Positions 43,359 through 56,696 of a DNA stretch of 64,000 nt are shown in pieces (position 1 is the stretch's first letter; each line of letters opens with the position of its first letter). Origin of the DNA: Octopus vulgaris. Taxonomy: Eukaryota. The notes under the pieces are model-generated. The model saw only the letters and a program-made list of their open reading frames with translations. It ran no database searches and was not told where the DNA came from. The stretch lies in NCBI GenBank assembly GCA_951406725.2, contig OX597830.1:76756001-76820000 (forward strand). The letters are read 5' to 3'. The position numbers and the translations under genes are program-made.

Positions 43359-46000
43359 TTAATTTCTCTGTGTCAGTATGTTCGGATGGTTGAGTCTGGG
43401 TTTGTACTTTTCAATGAAGAATGTTTCCTTGTTCAGTCTCATTTGTGTTGATGATCCGAAAGCAAATTGGTAAAATGGGAAGATTAAAAATTGTGGCAGT
43501 AGTTGCTTTGCGCATTTCTCAATGTGCTCACTAAAAGGTATCATTCTATATTCTGGGAATGCAATCTGTTGTCGATGCAGTGTGCATCTACGCCTGAGTG
43601 ATAGTCCCGTGGAACCCACGTAGTCTTGGTAGCAGCCCGAGCATTTAATAACATAAATTATGTTTTCAGAGGCACAAGTAAAGTTAGATTTGATCTTGAA
43701 TTTCTGTCCCTCTTTAAAGAAGAATTCTGATCCTTCCAATAGGTTAGGACATGTTGCACAGTTCGATCTACCACATTTCTTTACTTTTGCATCCGTAATT
43801 TTAGAAGACAATTTTGCCTTTGTGAGAATCTTTTTAAGTGATTTAGGCTGTTTGTAGCTTTTAATGATTTGGTGTATGTTTAGAATTTCCTTTAATTTTG
43901 GGTTTTTATGAAGTATTGGTAAATTCTGGGTGATGATGGTGAAGGCTTCTTTGTTTCTGGGGTTGTATGTAGATATGTAAGGTAGTATTTTCGGGAAGGT
44001 GTGTTGTTGTGTTGAACTTTTCTTAAAGTTTCTATGTTGATTTCTGTTGCACGTCTGATCCCATCCTCTATGAGTTGAGCTGGGTAATGTCTATCAATTA
44101 GGGTGTTTTTGAGTTCTTGCAGTCTAAAGTTCCTGGTATTTTGTTCTGACACTATTGTGCATATCCTTCTTGCAAGGTTGAAGGGGATGTTTGTTTTAGT
44201 GTGTCTTGGGTGGCATGAATTTAAAAGAAGGTATTGTTTGGCGTCTGTGGCTTTGTAAAAAATGTCTGTTTCTATTTTAAGGTTAATTTTTTTAATTAGT
44301 ATATCCAAGCACGGGAGCTCCTTTTGGTTGTATTCGATTGTGAACTGTATATTTGGGTTTATGCTGTTCAATAGGTTTTTAAATTTTAGGAGTTTATCTA
44401 TGTTTTCATTCCAGAGAATGAAACAATCGTCTAGGAATCGTTTCCAATTCTCTTTTATGTATTGAGAGAGGGAGTTTCCAAAGATTGATAGAGATTCCTG
44501 GTAAATGATTATTTCCATGTATCCCATTGTTAAGTTCGCAATGACTGGTGCTGCCCTTGTACCCATAGTAATTCCGGATTTTTGACGGTAAAATGTATTG
44601 TCAAACATGAAGTGGTTATTGTGTAGGATGAATTCAATTGATTTAGTAATGAATTCCTTACTGATCCTTTTTGGTATTTCTTCCGGAAATTGGTCTAACC
44701 AGAACTGTATTGCCTCCAGTCCATAATTATGAGGTATACTGGTATACAAGTTGACTACATCAAATGAAACCAGGATTGTTTCTTCCTTGGTTTTTTTTGG
44801 AAGGTGGTTTAACATATCTAAGTCATCTCTGATATGGCTATCGATATGTTTAAGGAAGGGTTTCAGGAGGATGTCCATAAGTAGACCTAGTCTGTGTGTT
44901 TCACAGGTTGGGCCAGCTACAATGGGTCGTAGTTTTAGGTCCCCCGGATTAGGTGTGTGTATGTATGTCTTTGGTGATTTTTTAATGGTTTCATTTATAA
45001 TTTGACTTTTATGAATTTTTGGCAGACCATAGAAAAGGATAGGTTTGCATTTAAAGTTTGTTAGGAAATCAATCTCTTTGGTTGTCAGTTCCTTTTCATG
45101 GGTTTTAATTAGTGAAGATAGAGTTTTCATTATTTTTTGTGCGGTGTAGTTGGTAATTTTTTCATAATGTAGGTCTTCATCAAGCAAGGAAATTACAAGA
45201 TTTCTGTAGTATGATGTATCCATTATTACAACTGCATTTCCCTTGTCCGCTTCCTTAATGGTTATATCTTCATCATTTTGGAGTTCTATCAGTTCTTTCC
45301 ATTGTGTAGTGTTAAAATTTGGGTTAGCTTTCTGTTTATGTATAGTATGGTAGGGGAAGTTCTCAATGTGGTTACAGAATTCGTCAAGATCTTTATTTCT
45401 TCCTCTGTGTGGGATGTGTTCACTTTTGTTCTTGACTAGTGATTCATCTTCAGTATTGAAACTGTTTGATGCTTCTGCTAGTCTTAATTTTCTGCAAAAT
45501 TCTGTTATATTATCCTTGAGTTCATTTAGGTTTGCTCTGCGTGGAGTTGGTGTAAATTTGAGCCCTTTTGCGAGGATGTCAATTTTTATGTTAGAAAGAG
45601 GTTTGGTTGAAAGATTGATTATCTTCGGTTTTTCCTTATTACTAGGTTCCAGCCTGTGTCCTGGTGTCCCTGGTCCCTGGCTAAAAAATGTTGAGTGTAA
45701 TTTTGTTTGTATGAGTTGTCTGTGAGGTTGTGTGGTATTTGGTCGGGGGAGTGGTGGTATTGTTGCCTCCGATCGTTGTGTGTGTGTGGGAATCTATGGT
45801 TGTTAATGCTTGTGGTGTGTGTAAAATTTCTGTATGGGAAATATTTTTGTTTCGAACTTCTTGTATGTGGGATGTTGCTTGACATAGTGTTTCTTTGCGT
45901 TTGTCTTGTGTTTAGTGGGGACCAGTAGTTTTGGTTCATGGGGTAGTAGTGATTTGTGTGTGGTGTATTTCTTATCCTAGTGTCGTTTCCCCATACAGAA
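43359..46000 (-). pseudogene. PLE polyprotein (N-terminal region, RT, Cys-rich linker, GIY-YIG) with a frameshift at ~43993
   Basis: LAKGLKFTPTP, EADKGNAVV, FYGLPKIHK, LRPIV, SFDVVNLYT, GITMGT, RFLDD, CGRSNCATC, IIYVIKC..YVGST. One C is missing relative to the plus arm (cttcccg vs cttccccg). Confidence 0.92.
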
Positions 46001-46003
46001 ATT

Positions 46004-47467
46004 TTAGATATGTTAAACCACCTTCCAAAAAAAACCAAGGAAGAAACAATCCTGGTTTCATTTGATGTAGTCAACTTGTATACCAGTATACCTCATAATT
46101 ATGGACTGGAGGCAATACAATTCTGGTTAGACCAATTTCCGGAAGAAATACCAAAAAGGATCAGTAAGGAATTCATTACTAAATCAATTGAATTCATCCT
46201 ACACAATAACCACTTCATGTTTGACAATACATTTTACCGTCAAAAATCCGGAATTGCTATGGGTACAAGGGCAGCACCAGTCATTGCGAACTTAACAATG
46301 GGATACATGGAAATAATCATTTACCAGGAATCTCTATCAATCTTTGGAAACTCCCTCTCTCAATACATAAAAGAGAATTGGAAACGATTCCTAGACGATT
46401 GTTTCATTCTCTGGAATGAAAACATAGATAAACTCCTAAAATTTAAAAACCTATTGAACAGCATAAACCCAAATATACAGTTCACAATGGAATACAACCA
46501 AAAGGAGCTCCCGTTCTTGGATATACTAATTAAAAAAATTAACCTTAAAATAGAAACAGACATTTTTTACAAAGCCACAGACGCCAAACAATACCTTCTT
46601 TTTAATTCATGCCACCCAAGACACACTAAAACAAACATCCCCTTCAACCTTGCAAGAAGGATATGCACAATAGTGTCAGAACAAAATACCAGGAACTTTA
46701 GACTGCAAGAACTCAAAAACACCCTAATTGACAGACATTACCCAGCTCAACTCATAGAGGATGGGATCAGACGTGCAACAGAAATCAACATAGAAACTTT
46801 AAGAAAAGTTCAACACAACAACACACCTTCCCCGAAAATACTACCTTACATATCTACATACAACCCCAGAAACAAAGAAGCCTTCACCATCATCACCCAG
46901 AATTTACCAATACTTCATAAAAACCCAAAATTAAAGGAAATTCTAAACATACACCAAATCATTAAAAGCTACAAACAGCCTAAATCACTTAAAAAGATTC
47001 TCACAAAGGCAAAATTGTCTTCTAAAATTACGGATGCAAAAGTAAAAAAATGTGGTAGATCGAACTGTGCAACATGTCCTAACCTATTGGAAGGATCAGA
47101 ATTCTTCTTTAAAGAGGGACAGAAATTTAAGATCAAATCTAACTTTACTTGTGCCTCTGAAAACATAATTTATGTTATTAAATGCTCGGGCTGCCACCAA
47201 GACTACGTGGGTTCCACGGGACTATCACTCAGGCGCAGATGCACACTGCATCGACAACAGATTGCATTCCCAGAATATAGAATGATACCTTTTAGTGAGC
47301 ACATTGAGAAATGCGCAAAGCAACTACTGCCACAATTTTTAATCTTCCCATTTTACCAATGTGCTTTCGGATCATCAACACAAATGAGACTGAACAAGGA
47401 AACATTCTTCATTGAAAAGTACAAACCCAGACTCAACCATCCGAACATACTGACACAGAGAAATTAA
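46004..47467 (+). CDS. 5'-truncated but uninterrupted PLE RT-core/thumb/GIY-YIG reading frame
   Basis: The 503-aa ORF has SFDVVNLYTSI, GIAMGT, RFLDD, LPFLD, SCHP and IIYVIKC..YVGST..R..H. Its first ~16 aa come from the inversion junction. Confidence 0.85.
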   Translation, partial: LDMLNHLPKKTKEETILVSFDVVNLYTSIPHNYGLEAIQFWLDQFPEEIPKRISKEFITKSIEFILHNNHFMFDNTFYRQKSGIAMGTRAAPVIANLTMGYMEIIIYQESLSIFGNSLSQYIKENWKRFLDDCFILWNENIDKLLKFKNLLNSINPNIQFTMEYNQKELPFLDILIKKINLKIETDIFYKATDAKQYLLFNSCHPRHTKTNIPFNLARRICTIVSEQNTRNFRLQELKNTLIDRHYPAQLIEDGIRRATEINIETLRKVQHNNTPSPKILPYISTYNPRNKEAFTIITQNLPILHKNPKLKEILNIHQIIKSYKQPKSLKKILTKAKLSSKITDAKVKKCGRSNCATCPNLLEGSEFFFKEGQKFKIKSNFTCASENIIYVIKCSGCHQDYVGSTGLSLRRRCTLHRQQIAFPEYRMIPFSEHIEKCAKQLLPQFLIFPFYQCAFGSSTQMRLNKETFFIEKYKPRLNHPNILTQRN

Positions 47468-47604
47468 CAAGGAAATGGGAAAAAAAATTTTTTAAGCGAT
47501 TATCTCCCCTACACCGGAAAAAATCACTCACTACCTCCCCTTATTTAGAAATCTCCTGGAAATAAAAACAACGATAATTCCATGCAATATAAACATAACG
47601 TCAC

Positions 47605-47644
47605 AAGAAATTTGAAAAGCTACACGCGAAACCGGTAATTTCTT
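47605..47644 (+). ncRNA. Hammerhead variant (C3U/G8A) in the PLE 3' pLTR
   Basis: aagaaat TTGAAAA gc tacac gc GAAA ccgg TA atttctt, ~140 nt after the stop codon. Confidence 0.8.
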
Positions 47645-47819
47645 TAAAAAGTTTTAAATTATGTCATTTTAAGGAAAGGAAAAAAAATTTTTCCAATATT
47701 CTCCAGACATTTTGACACAAATATATATATTTTTTAACATTTAAGCCTTCTGTCGTTTTTTTCCACTTTACTATTTTCTTATATATTCACCCACGTGCTT
47801 TACCAAACAAACTTTCTTA

Positions 47820-47920
<101 letters not shown>

Positions 47921-47949
47921 TTATATTATCAGGAGTGGCTGTGTGGGAA

Positions 47950-48163
47950 GTAGAAAGTAGAAAATGCTAAAATGATTGTATCATAAAATACATTTTGTAA
48001 TGGTTAGTACCGGTTTCTGACATTTCGACTCTTTCAGCTAAGAGTAAAACAAAGGTGGATATTAATTAAGAAGAAAAACAATTGAATCGAAGAAAAAATT
48101 AAAGGAAATGTTTTGTAAATATTTCAATCGTCTTCAAATAGGTAGGATATTTTCCTTCTTTTC

Positions 48164-48198
<35 letters not shown>

Positions 48199-48840
48199 TC
48201 CTCTCTCTCTCTCTCTCTCTCTCTTGTTTCGTTTGTGAAGTTTTGTTAGAAAGGTAGTGGCAGATCTGAAAAATTGTATTTATGGATGCAAAGATATATT
48301 TGGTTCTGAAGTATGATAGTTTAAACAGCAACAACCGAAGAAAGAGAAAGGGAAGAAGAGGGAAGGGAAGAAGAAGAAGAAGGAAAAAGAAAAGAAAGAA
48401 TATCACTCCCGTCTTTTTCCTTTTCTTCTTCCTCTTCTTTCCCTTCTTTTTCCTCTTCTTCTCCTTCCTATTCTTCTTCCCCTCCCTCTTCTTCGCCTTC
48501 TCTTTCTCCTGCTGCTGCTGCTGCTGCTGCTGCTTAAACCATCACACTTCAGAACCAAATATATCTTTGCATCCATAAAGCCATTTTTTTCAGATCTGCC
48601 ACTACCTACCTTACGAACCTTCACAAAGGAAGAGAGAAAGAGAGGAAGACCGAAAATGTTCTGCCTATTTGAAGACTCTCGAAATATTTACAAAACATTT
48701 TTTTTCAGTTTAATTGCTTTTCTTCTTAATTACTATCCACCTTTGTTTTACTCTTAGTTGAAAAAGTCGAAGAAACAGAAACCGGTACTAACCATTACAA
48801 AATATATTTCGCGATAAAATTATTTTAGCATTTTCTACCT
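47950..48840. repeat. Older ~0.9-kb imperfect palindrome with a decayed hammerhead in each arm
   Basis: Arms mirror around ~48405. Plus strand ~48754-48792: ttag TTGAAAA ..GAAA ccgg TA ctaa. Minus strand ~48005-48041: ttag CTGAAAG ..GAAA ccgg TA ctaa. Stem II is lost. Confidence 0.8.
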
Positions 48841-48901
48841 TATCTTATTTTCCTAATACATATCAACGCGTGTGTCACTTTTCAACACTCTATACACACA
48901 A

Positions 48902-48953
<52 letters not shown>

Positions 48954-49041
48954 AGGAAAAATTTTTTTAAAAATGCAGAATGCTCAAATGAAAGAAAATT
49001 TTAATAAAATGAGAAAATGATAAAATATATAAATATATATT

Positions 49042-49082
49042 TATTCAACCGGTTTTCGTCATTGTATGACTTGTCAAGAATA
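49042..49082 (-). ncRNA. Hammerhead variant (C3U/G8A, extra A in the GAAA strand)
   Basis: Reverse complement of 49571-49611. Confidence 0.68.
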
Positions 49083-49570
49083 TTTATGTTTTAAGAAGTT
49101 TTTTTTAAAAATTAGAAAGGGGAAAAAAAGAAAATTGCATTGTTTTTTGTAAAAGAATAATGATAAAAATGTACAAAAATTGAAAAATAAGTTCTCCGAT
49201 ACATTGTGAGTTCGTTGTGTATCTTGAGTTTTATGGTTGTTTACCAAAAAATTACCTTGAGGTGTTAAGATCCAAAGGGATTAAGAGCATGTGATGTGTT
49301 GTGTTGTTAAATTCAGCATGTTGCAGTCCTGCAACATGCTGAATTTAACAACACAACACATCACATGCTCTTAATCCCTTTGGATCTTAACACCTCAAGG
49401 TAATTTTTTGGTAAACAACCATAAAACTCAAGATACAACGAACTCACAATGTATCGGAGAACTTATTTTTCAATTTTTGTACATTTTTATCATTATTCTT
49501 TTACAAAAAACAATGCAATTTTCTTTTTTTCCCCTTTCTAATTTTTAAAAAAAACTTCTTAAAACATAAA

Positions 49571-49611
49571 TATTCTTGACAAGTCATACAATGACGAAAA
49601 CCGGTTGAATA
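49571..49611 (+). ncRNA. Hammerhead variant (C3U/G8A, extra A in the GAAA strand)
   Basis: tattc TTGACAA gtcat aca atgac GAAAA ccgg TT gaata. 5-bp stems I and II. Confidence 0.68.
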
Positions 49612-49748
49612 AATATATATTTATATATTTTATCATTTTCTCATTTTATTAAAATTTTCTTTCATTTGAGCATTCTGCATTTTTAAAAAAATTTTTCCTT
49701 ACTTATCATTTCTCCACGTGCGGTCAACACAACCCCACCATTTATTGA

Positions 49749-49802
<54 letters not shown>

Positions 49803-49809
49803 CATGTAT

Positions 49810-49973
49810 ACGACGGGATTCTTTCAGTTTCCGTCTACCAAATCCACTCACAAAGCTTTGGTCGGCCCGAGGCTATAGTAGAAGATACTTGCCCAAGGTA
49901 CCACGCAGGGGGACTGAACCCGGAACCATTTGGTTGGTAAGGAAGCTACTTACCACACACCCACTCCTGAGCC
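49810..49973 (-). mobile_element. SINE family B 5' half
   Basis: ctttcagtttccgtctacc..ggactgaacccggaacc..ccactcctgagcct. Confidence 0.82.
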
Positions 49974-50011
49974 TATATATATACATACATACATATACAT
50001 ATACACACACA

Positions 50012-50052
<41 letters not shown>

Positions 50053-50914
50053 TCCGTAGTATAAAGTAGCAGCTAAACATAAAACTGTTAATGCACTATC
50101 TATTTATTCATTGAACTTGGTCCAAATCAGTCTTATTCATAGAGTGTTAATATCAGCAATGCGTTTTCAAATAGTTAAAAGCATGTTCAGTTGCATCTGA
50201 AGTCCCAACACAAGATCCAACTTAATCCCACGATCACTTTTACTCCTGAACACAAACATATTGTTGCTACTATACAAAAGTATTGCAGATCCAAAACGTT
50301 GCTTTTTTCAGAAAACGAAAAAATAGTTTCCCCATTCCATTTCTTTTTACATTAGCAACAGTTTCAGCTTCACAATAATACTTTGTTGGGTGCATAAAAT
50401 CATAACTCCATGCATGCATGATATTTTCAGTCAGAAATATTTTTGCAAAACTGTCGTATGTGGGACGTACTCCACTTTTGAAAAATGTTAAACCATTGTC
50501 CAACACTTTGACAATTTTCACATTTTGACATCTGAAGTAGCTGGAGATACGATAGTTTGACCAAAAGAACCGGCTATTGCAAACAAAATTAAATATTGAA
50601 AAATACGCATTTGGCCAAATTTGGACATACGGCAGTTTAACATAATAGCAACGATATATAAAACCAGGTGTTTATATATGCAAATTCAAGACGTCTTTAG
50701 TATAAGCTGCAGGTATATTTTTTGGTACACAAAAGAATTGCTTACATTTAATCTTTAATATCTATTTTACCGTTGAATTTGATCATTCGGAGGGATGTCG
50801 ATAATTCATATGAAGATTCAAAAATTTCAATTTTTCAGTCAATTCTACTTTTCGATCAATTCCTTGCTCATGATTTGGGCTTATAATATTTCAGAATCTT
50901 AAATTTTCCCCAAT

Positions 50915-51033
50915 GGGTCCGGGTTCAGTCCCACTGCGTGACACCTTGGGCAAGTGTATTCTACTATAGCCTCGGGCCGACCAAAACCTTGTGAGTGAAT
51001 TTGGTAGACAAAAACTGAAAGAAGCCTGTTATA

Positions 51034-51110
<77 letters not shown>

Positions 51111-51335
51111 ATATATTTGTGCGTCTGTGTTTCTCCCCCCACCCAACATCGCTTGACAACCGATGCTGGTGTGTTTACGTCCCCGTAACTTAGCGGTTCG
51201 GCAAAAGAGACCGATAGAATAAGTACTAGGCTTCTAAAGAAAAAGTCTTGAGGTCAATTTGCTCGACTAAAGGCAGTGCTCCAGCATGCCGCATTCAAAT
51301 GACTGAAACAAATAAGAGAGTAAAGAGTAAAGAGT
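50915..51335 (+). mobile_element. SINE family B, 5'-clipped
   Basis: Homologous to 15094-15554, with an (AAGAGTA)n-like tail. Confidence 0.85.
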
Positions 51336-51727
51336 ATTCGCGTTTGTTCTTACATTTATTTGAGGTGTACTGGTTGTTATTTCTTGGTCGATTTTTCTTT
51401 TTCTACATGTCATTTCTTCCCTCAACGTTAAATATCTTCTTTAAAGCATGACATACTGCACTAAAGCCTCGTTCACATATCTGTGAAATGAAAACACCTT
51501 TGAAAACAAATATCCCTAGCTTACCTTTACCTTCAGATATTTCCAGAGATACAACACAGCATCCATTTCCAGATATGATTGAAATCTGAATGATAGCAGT
51601 ATTAACAATTTAGAAAAATATAGCAACTATTAATAGCACTCACAATACTCACACATACACACTTACGCACGCACTCACGCACGCACTCACACACACACAC
51701 ACATATGTATATATATAAACAAACATA

Positions 51728-51789
<62 letters not shown>

Positions 51790-51834
51790 TACACCCACAG
51801 ATACACACGTGCGCGAGCCATATGTAAAACCATA

Positions 51835-53088
51835 TATCAGGTTGAGTAAAAAGTAAGCAACAGATTGAACTATGAAAAGTTTGTACCGGATTTTAGCAGA
51901 TTTTTGAATTTTTAAATCATATTTTGGAAATTGTTTGATAATACAGACATAGACTTACCCAAATGCATGAATTTATTAACATTGATATTCTTTTCACCGT
52001 TGTTACAATCATCTGAAATGGAACTATCAAAGTGCTATATTCGAGCAATTTTGCTACTCAACTTCGAAAAAGGACTTAAAGCAGCTAAAACTGCTCGCAT
52101 TATCAACGAAACGTCCGGTGAGGAAATGACCAGTGAGTGGTCAACTCGAAAATGGTTTAAATGACTTCGCAATTGAGACCTAAGCCTTGAAGATCGTGAG
52201 CGTAGTGGACGCTCTTCTGTCATCGATGACGGTCAATTAAAGATCGTCATTGAGAAAGATCCACGCAAAACCACCCCAGAACTGACAAAAATACTTCACG
52301 TTCACCATAAAGCTGCCTGCAACCATTTGCGTGCGAACGGAAAATCAAAAATGCTCGACAAATGGGTACCACATGATTGGAGTGAAAATCAGAAAATGAG
52401 CAGATATGAAACTTGGTCGTCGCTTCTTCTCATAACCAGACCGATCCATTTCTCGACAGAATTGTAACTTACGATGAAAAGTGGATTCCAAACAATAACA
52501 GAAAAATATTCTTCGCAGTGGTTGGACCAAAATGAAGCACTGAAAACCTTCCCTAGGCCCGAGCTCTTCAAAAAGACGGTTATGGTGGCAGTTTGGTGCT
52601 GTACTGCTGGACTTATCCACTATAACTTCTTAAAGCCCGGAAAAACGATTATTGCTTTCCGAAAATGTACGAAAAACTGCTACTCCTCCGTCCCAGACTG
52701 GCCAATCATTCTTCATGACAATGCGTGGCAACACGTTTTACTAATGATGCTCCAGAAGTTGAGGGAACTCGGCTATGAAGTTCTTCCTCACCTAACTTAT
52801 TCCCCAGACATTTTCCTACCGACTACCACTTTTTCAAGCACCTTGATGGTTTCCTGCGAGAGAAGGAGTTCAAAAATTAAACAGATGCTGAATGCGCATT
52901 CAAAGAGTTCATCAGCTCCAGAACTCCAGATATTTATGTCACCAGAATAAACAAACTTGTAACACGTCGGCAAAAATGTGTCGACTGTAATGGCACTTAC
53001 TTTGATGAATAAAATTTCCGCATTGTTGAAATTTATTGTGATGAATTCCACATTTCAAAACGTTGCTTACTTTTTGCTCAGCCTGATA
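51835..53088 (+). mobile_element. Full-length decayed mariner transposon; transposase pseudogene ~52018-53013
   Basis: TIRs tcaggttgagtaaaaagtaagcaac / gttgcttactttttgctcagcctga. Motifs RSGR, KWVPHD, DEKW, LHDNA, YSPD, with stops and frameshifts. Confidence 0.92.
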
Positions 53089-54165
53089 TTTATATAGTTT
53101 TACGTATGACTCGCACTTTTCATATTGATATATTATTATACTAATCTAACCATTTACTATATCAATTCAATATCAACGTTAAGTTCATTTTACTCACATC
53201 AAAGAAAACATTTCTAAGAAAATTTAAATATCCAATAGCGTAAAGTTGACAGAACAAACGAATGGAAATCAAAAGACTAAAAGAACATTTATTTTATTTT
53301 ATTCATCATTTTTATATCATATTCATTTTCCTCTTTAACTTCATTATTTGAATTTTAGATTAAAAAAAAGAACAGAGTATTTCCATTAATACGATTCTTA
53401 ATCGTATTCATTTTGATTTTTTAAGCCTTAATTTCATGTTCTATATTTTCATTTAGTTTTGCAAGTGGGTTTCTGGTTCTGACCTGCCGCACGGCACGTT
53501 GGCCAAATATTTTCTACTTTTGCCCTGGACAGACCACTGTCTGTAACTGAATTTGGTAGACAGCAAGTATTGCATAGCACAGCGCATGAATACATACTTG
53601 CACACATACATGCATACATACATACATACATACATACACACACATACATACATATATACATACATACATACATACATACATACATACATACATACATACA
53701 TACATACATACATACGTACATACGCACGTACATACATACATACATACGCACGTATGTACACACATACATACATACGTATGTACACACATACATACATACG
53801 CACGTACATATAAGTAGTAGATAAACACGGTCAGTCGGTTAAGTATTTAACCAATAGACTGAAAAAGAAGTGAAATTGCATCTGTGCGTGTGTTATCATT
53901 AATGGCGTCATGACGCTCCCGAGACACTAATATATATATATATATATATATAAATGCTAAACGGCATTTCGTCTGTTTTCACGTTGTGAGTTCAAATTCC
54001 GCCAATGTCGACTTTGCCTTTCATCCTTTCTGGGTTGATAAAATAAGTAAAGGTTGAGTGCTGGGGTCGATGGGATCGACTTACCCCGTTCCCCGAAATA
54101 GCTGGCCCTGCGCAAAAAATTTGAAATCAGTATCCTTTACTTACGTGTATATTTCAATAATTTAT

Positions 54166-54588
54166 AGGCGCAGGCGCGGCTGTGTGGTAAGAAGCCTGCT
54201 TCACAACCTCATGGTTCCGTGTTCCGTCTCTTTGCGTGGCACATTGGGCAAGTGTCATCTACTATAGCTTTGGACCGATCAAAATCTCGTGAGTGGATCT
54301 GGTAGACGGAAACTAAAAGAAGCCCGGTGTATATATATGTGTGTGTGTGTGCGCGCGCGGTGTGTGTACGTGTGTGTCTCTGTGCCTGTGTTTGTCCACC
54401 CCCATCACCACTTGACAACCACTGTTGGTTTGTTTACGTTCCCCTTCAACAAAAGAAACTGATAGAATAAGTACTGGGCTTAAAATATTAAGTCCTGGGT
54501 TTGATTTGTTCGACTAAAACGCCTCAAGACGCTGCTCCAGTATGGCTGCAGTCAAATGACTGAAACAAGTGAAAGAGTGAAAGTGAGT
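54166..54588 (+). mobile_element. SINE family B
   Basis: aggcgcaggcgcggctgtgtggtaag..cagtcaaatgactgaaacaagt. Confidence 0.85.
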
Positions 54589-54731
54589 TCTATGTGACCA
54601 TACCTGTATTACACGGACGTACATTACGTTGTCCTATGCAGCCTTGCGTCTATGTCAGAGATCATTAGATGATCATGTCCTATCGGGCCGTATACCTACG
54701 TTAGTCACCAGTATATTATAAGATTATTATA

Positions 54732-55290
54732 AAGGCGGTGAGCTGGCAGAAACGTTAGCACGCTAGGCGAAATTCGTAGCCGAATTTCGTCTGCTGTTAC
54801 GTTCTGAGTTCAAATTCCGCCGAGGCCGACTTTGCCTTTCATCCTTTCGGGGTCGATAAATTAAGTACCAGTTGCGCACTGGGGTCGATGTAATCGACTT
54901 AATACTTATATCTGTCCTTGCTTGTCCGCTCTGAGTTTAGCCCTTGTGAGTAATAAAGAAATAGGTATTTCGTCTGCCGCTACGTTCTGAGTTCAAATTC
55001 CGCCGAGGCCGACTTTGCCTTTCATCATTTCGGGGTCGATAAATTAAGTTCCAGTTACGCACTGGGGTCGATGTAATCGACCTAATCCGTTTGTCTGTCC
55101 TTGTTTGTCCCCTCAGTGTTTAGCCCCTTCTGGGCAGTAAAGAAATAGGTATTTCGTCTGCCGTTACGTTCTGAGTTCAAATTCCGCCGAGGTCGACTTT
55201 GCCTTTCATCCTTTCGGGGTCGATAAATTAAGTATTTGTCTGTCCTTGTTTGTCCCCTCTGTGTTTAGCCCCTTGTGGGTAGTAAAGAAA
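54732..55290 (+). mobile_element. SINE family A with its 3' ~185 bp repeated three times in tandem
   Basis: atttcgtctg..gagttcaaattccgccgagg..taaagaaata recurs at ~54784, 54967 and 55151. TSD-like tatattat..agattatta flanks. Confidence 0.88.
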
Positions 55291-56270
55291 TATATATTAT
55301 TAGATTATTACGATCCTATGCGGCCTTATGTTTCAGTTAGAAGTCAATAGATCTTCATGTCCGATACAGCCTTATGCCACTGTTACATGTTCAATAGATT
55401 ATAATGTCTTATGGTCTGACAGTTAATTTTACTTCCTGTTTAAAGAGGCTCCACATTGTGCCAAAGCACCGCTAAATATATATTAATCATTGAAACGGGT
55501 TGATAGCTGGATAGATAGACGTTCAAAATGGCTGGGAGCGAGCGAGTGACGGAGAGGAGAAGGAAGAGAGAAAGAGACATGAGAGAGAGAGAGAGGGAGG
55601 GAGAGAACGTTGGGGGGTGGGGTGATGATGGTCTCGTTCAAAAGGGATAACTGGATATATAGACGGACAGACTGATAGGGAGAGATCGAGCGAGCGAGCG
55701 AGCGAGAAAGGAGAGAACAAGAGAGGAGGAGAGAGGAACAAAGAAGAAGAGAGGGAGAGAGAGAAAGTAAGAATGAGACAGCGCAGTAGAGAGAAAGAAG
55801 AGCATGTGTGTGAATCTACGTGTGTGTGTGTGTGTGTGTATGTGTGTGTGTGTGTGTGTTTGTATGTGTGTGTGTTTGCGTGTGACATGGTCGGTTTATC
55901 CGCTAAAAGCATTTATAAATTTTCATTAAGACCATTTCGCCAGAGAAAAGAAAAAGTTTTTTATTTTATTTGTATTTTTTCATTTTACTATATTTGTTGT
56001 TTATATCTTTTTTTATAAATTTTTAATTATATTTATTTCAATTGTTTTGCTTTGTTTCTAGATTCATTGTATTTGTAGATTTTTTTTGTTCTATATATAT
56101 ATATATATATGTGTGTGTGTATGTATGTGTGTGTAGTTGTCTTTTAGCATTTAGTAAAGGAATAATTAATGCGTTGTATCAACTACTACTACTACTACTA
56201 CTACTACCACTACTACTTCTACCACCATTACTACTACCATTACTACTATTACCATTACTACTACTACCAT

Positions 56271-56326
<56 letters not shown>

Positions 56327-56696
56327 ATGCTACTGCTGCTGCTACTGCTGGTACGTTCTTTGATAGAACAAAGAAACCAGGTTTGACTAGAATAAAGTTT
56401 ACAACGTATGCGATAAACTTTTTATAACACAATGCAAAAACACAAACACAAAACATGAAAAAAAAATTACTGAAATTTATTTAAAACCACAAGAAAAAAA
56501 ATTAAAATCAAATAGATAAACAAAAATATTTGAAAAAGTTATTTTTGTTAATTTATGTTATTTGACTACGGCCATGAGACTACGGCTGAGACCTCAATTT
56601 TGTGGGGTTTTTTTTTAATCATATGGATATATGATATAAAGCTGAATTAAAGAATACTGTGAACTTGCTCTGTGGAGTGGAAAATTCAACATTTCG

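Larger units (their letters stand above)
43050..47780. mobile_element. Young Penelope-like element (Neptune-like) as a divergent inverted duplication
   Basis: Arm 43050-44822 is the near-identical reverse complement of 46004-47780. The spacer 44823-46003 is the continuing 5' part of the minus copy. Confidence 0.95.
48950..49703. mobile_element. Near-perfect ~750-bp palindrome (PLE 3' end plus pLTR folded back), with a short unique tail to ~49750
   Basis: Centre ttgcag-tc-ctgcaa at 49321-49334. Arms match except for small indels. Flanked by (TA)n. Confidence 0.9.

Noticed and set aside
50060-50900. Complex sequence with an 83-aa minus-strand ORF
   Set aside because: No motif that I recognise. 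It could be a decayed TE or an exon and needs a homology search.
55500-56000. GA-rich stretch as a possible promoter or 5' UTR
   Set aside because: There is no supporting exon or ORF, and it cannot be told apart from low-complexity DNA.
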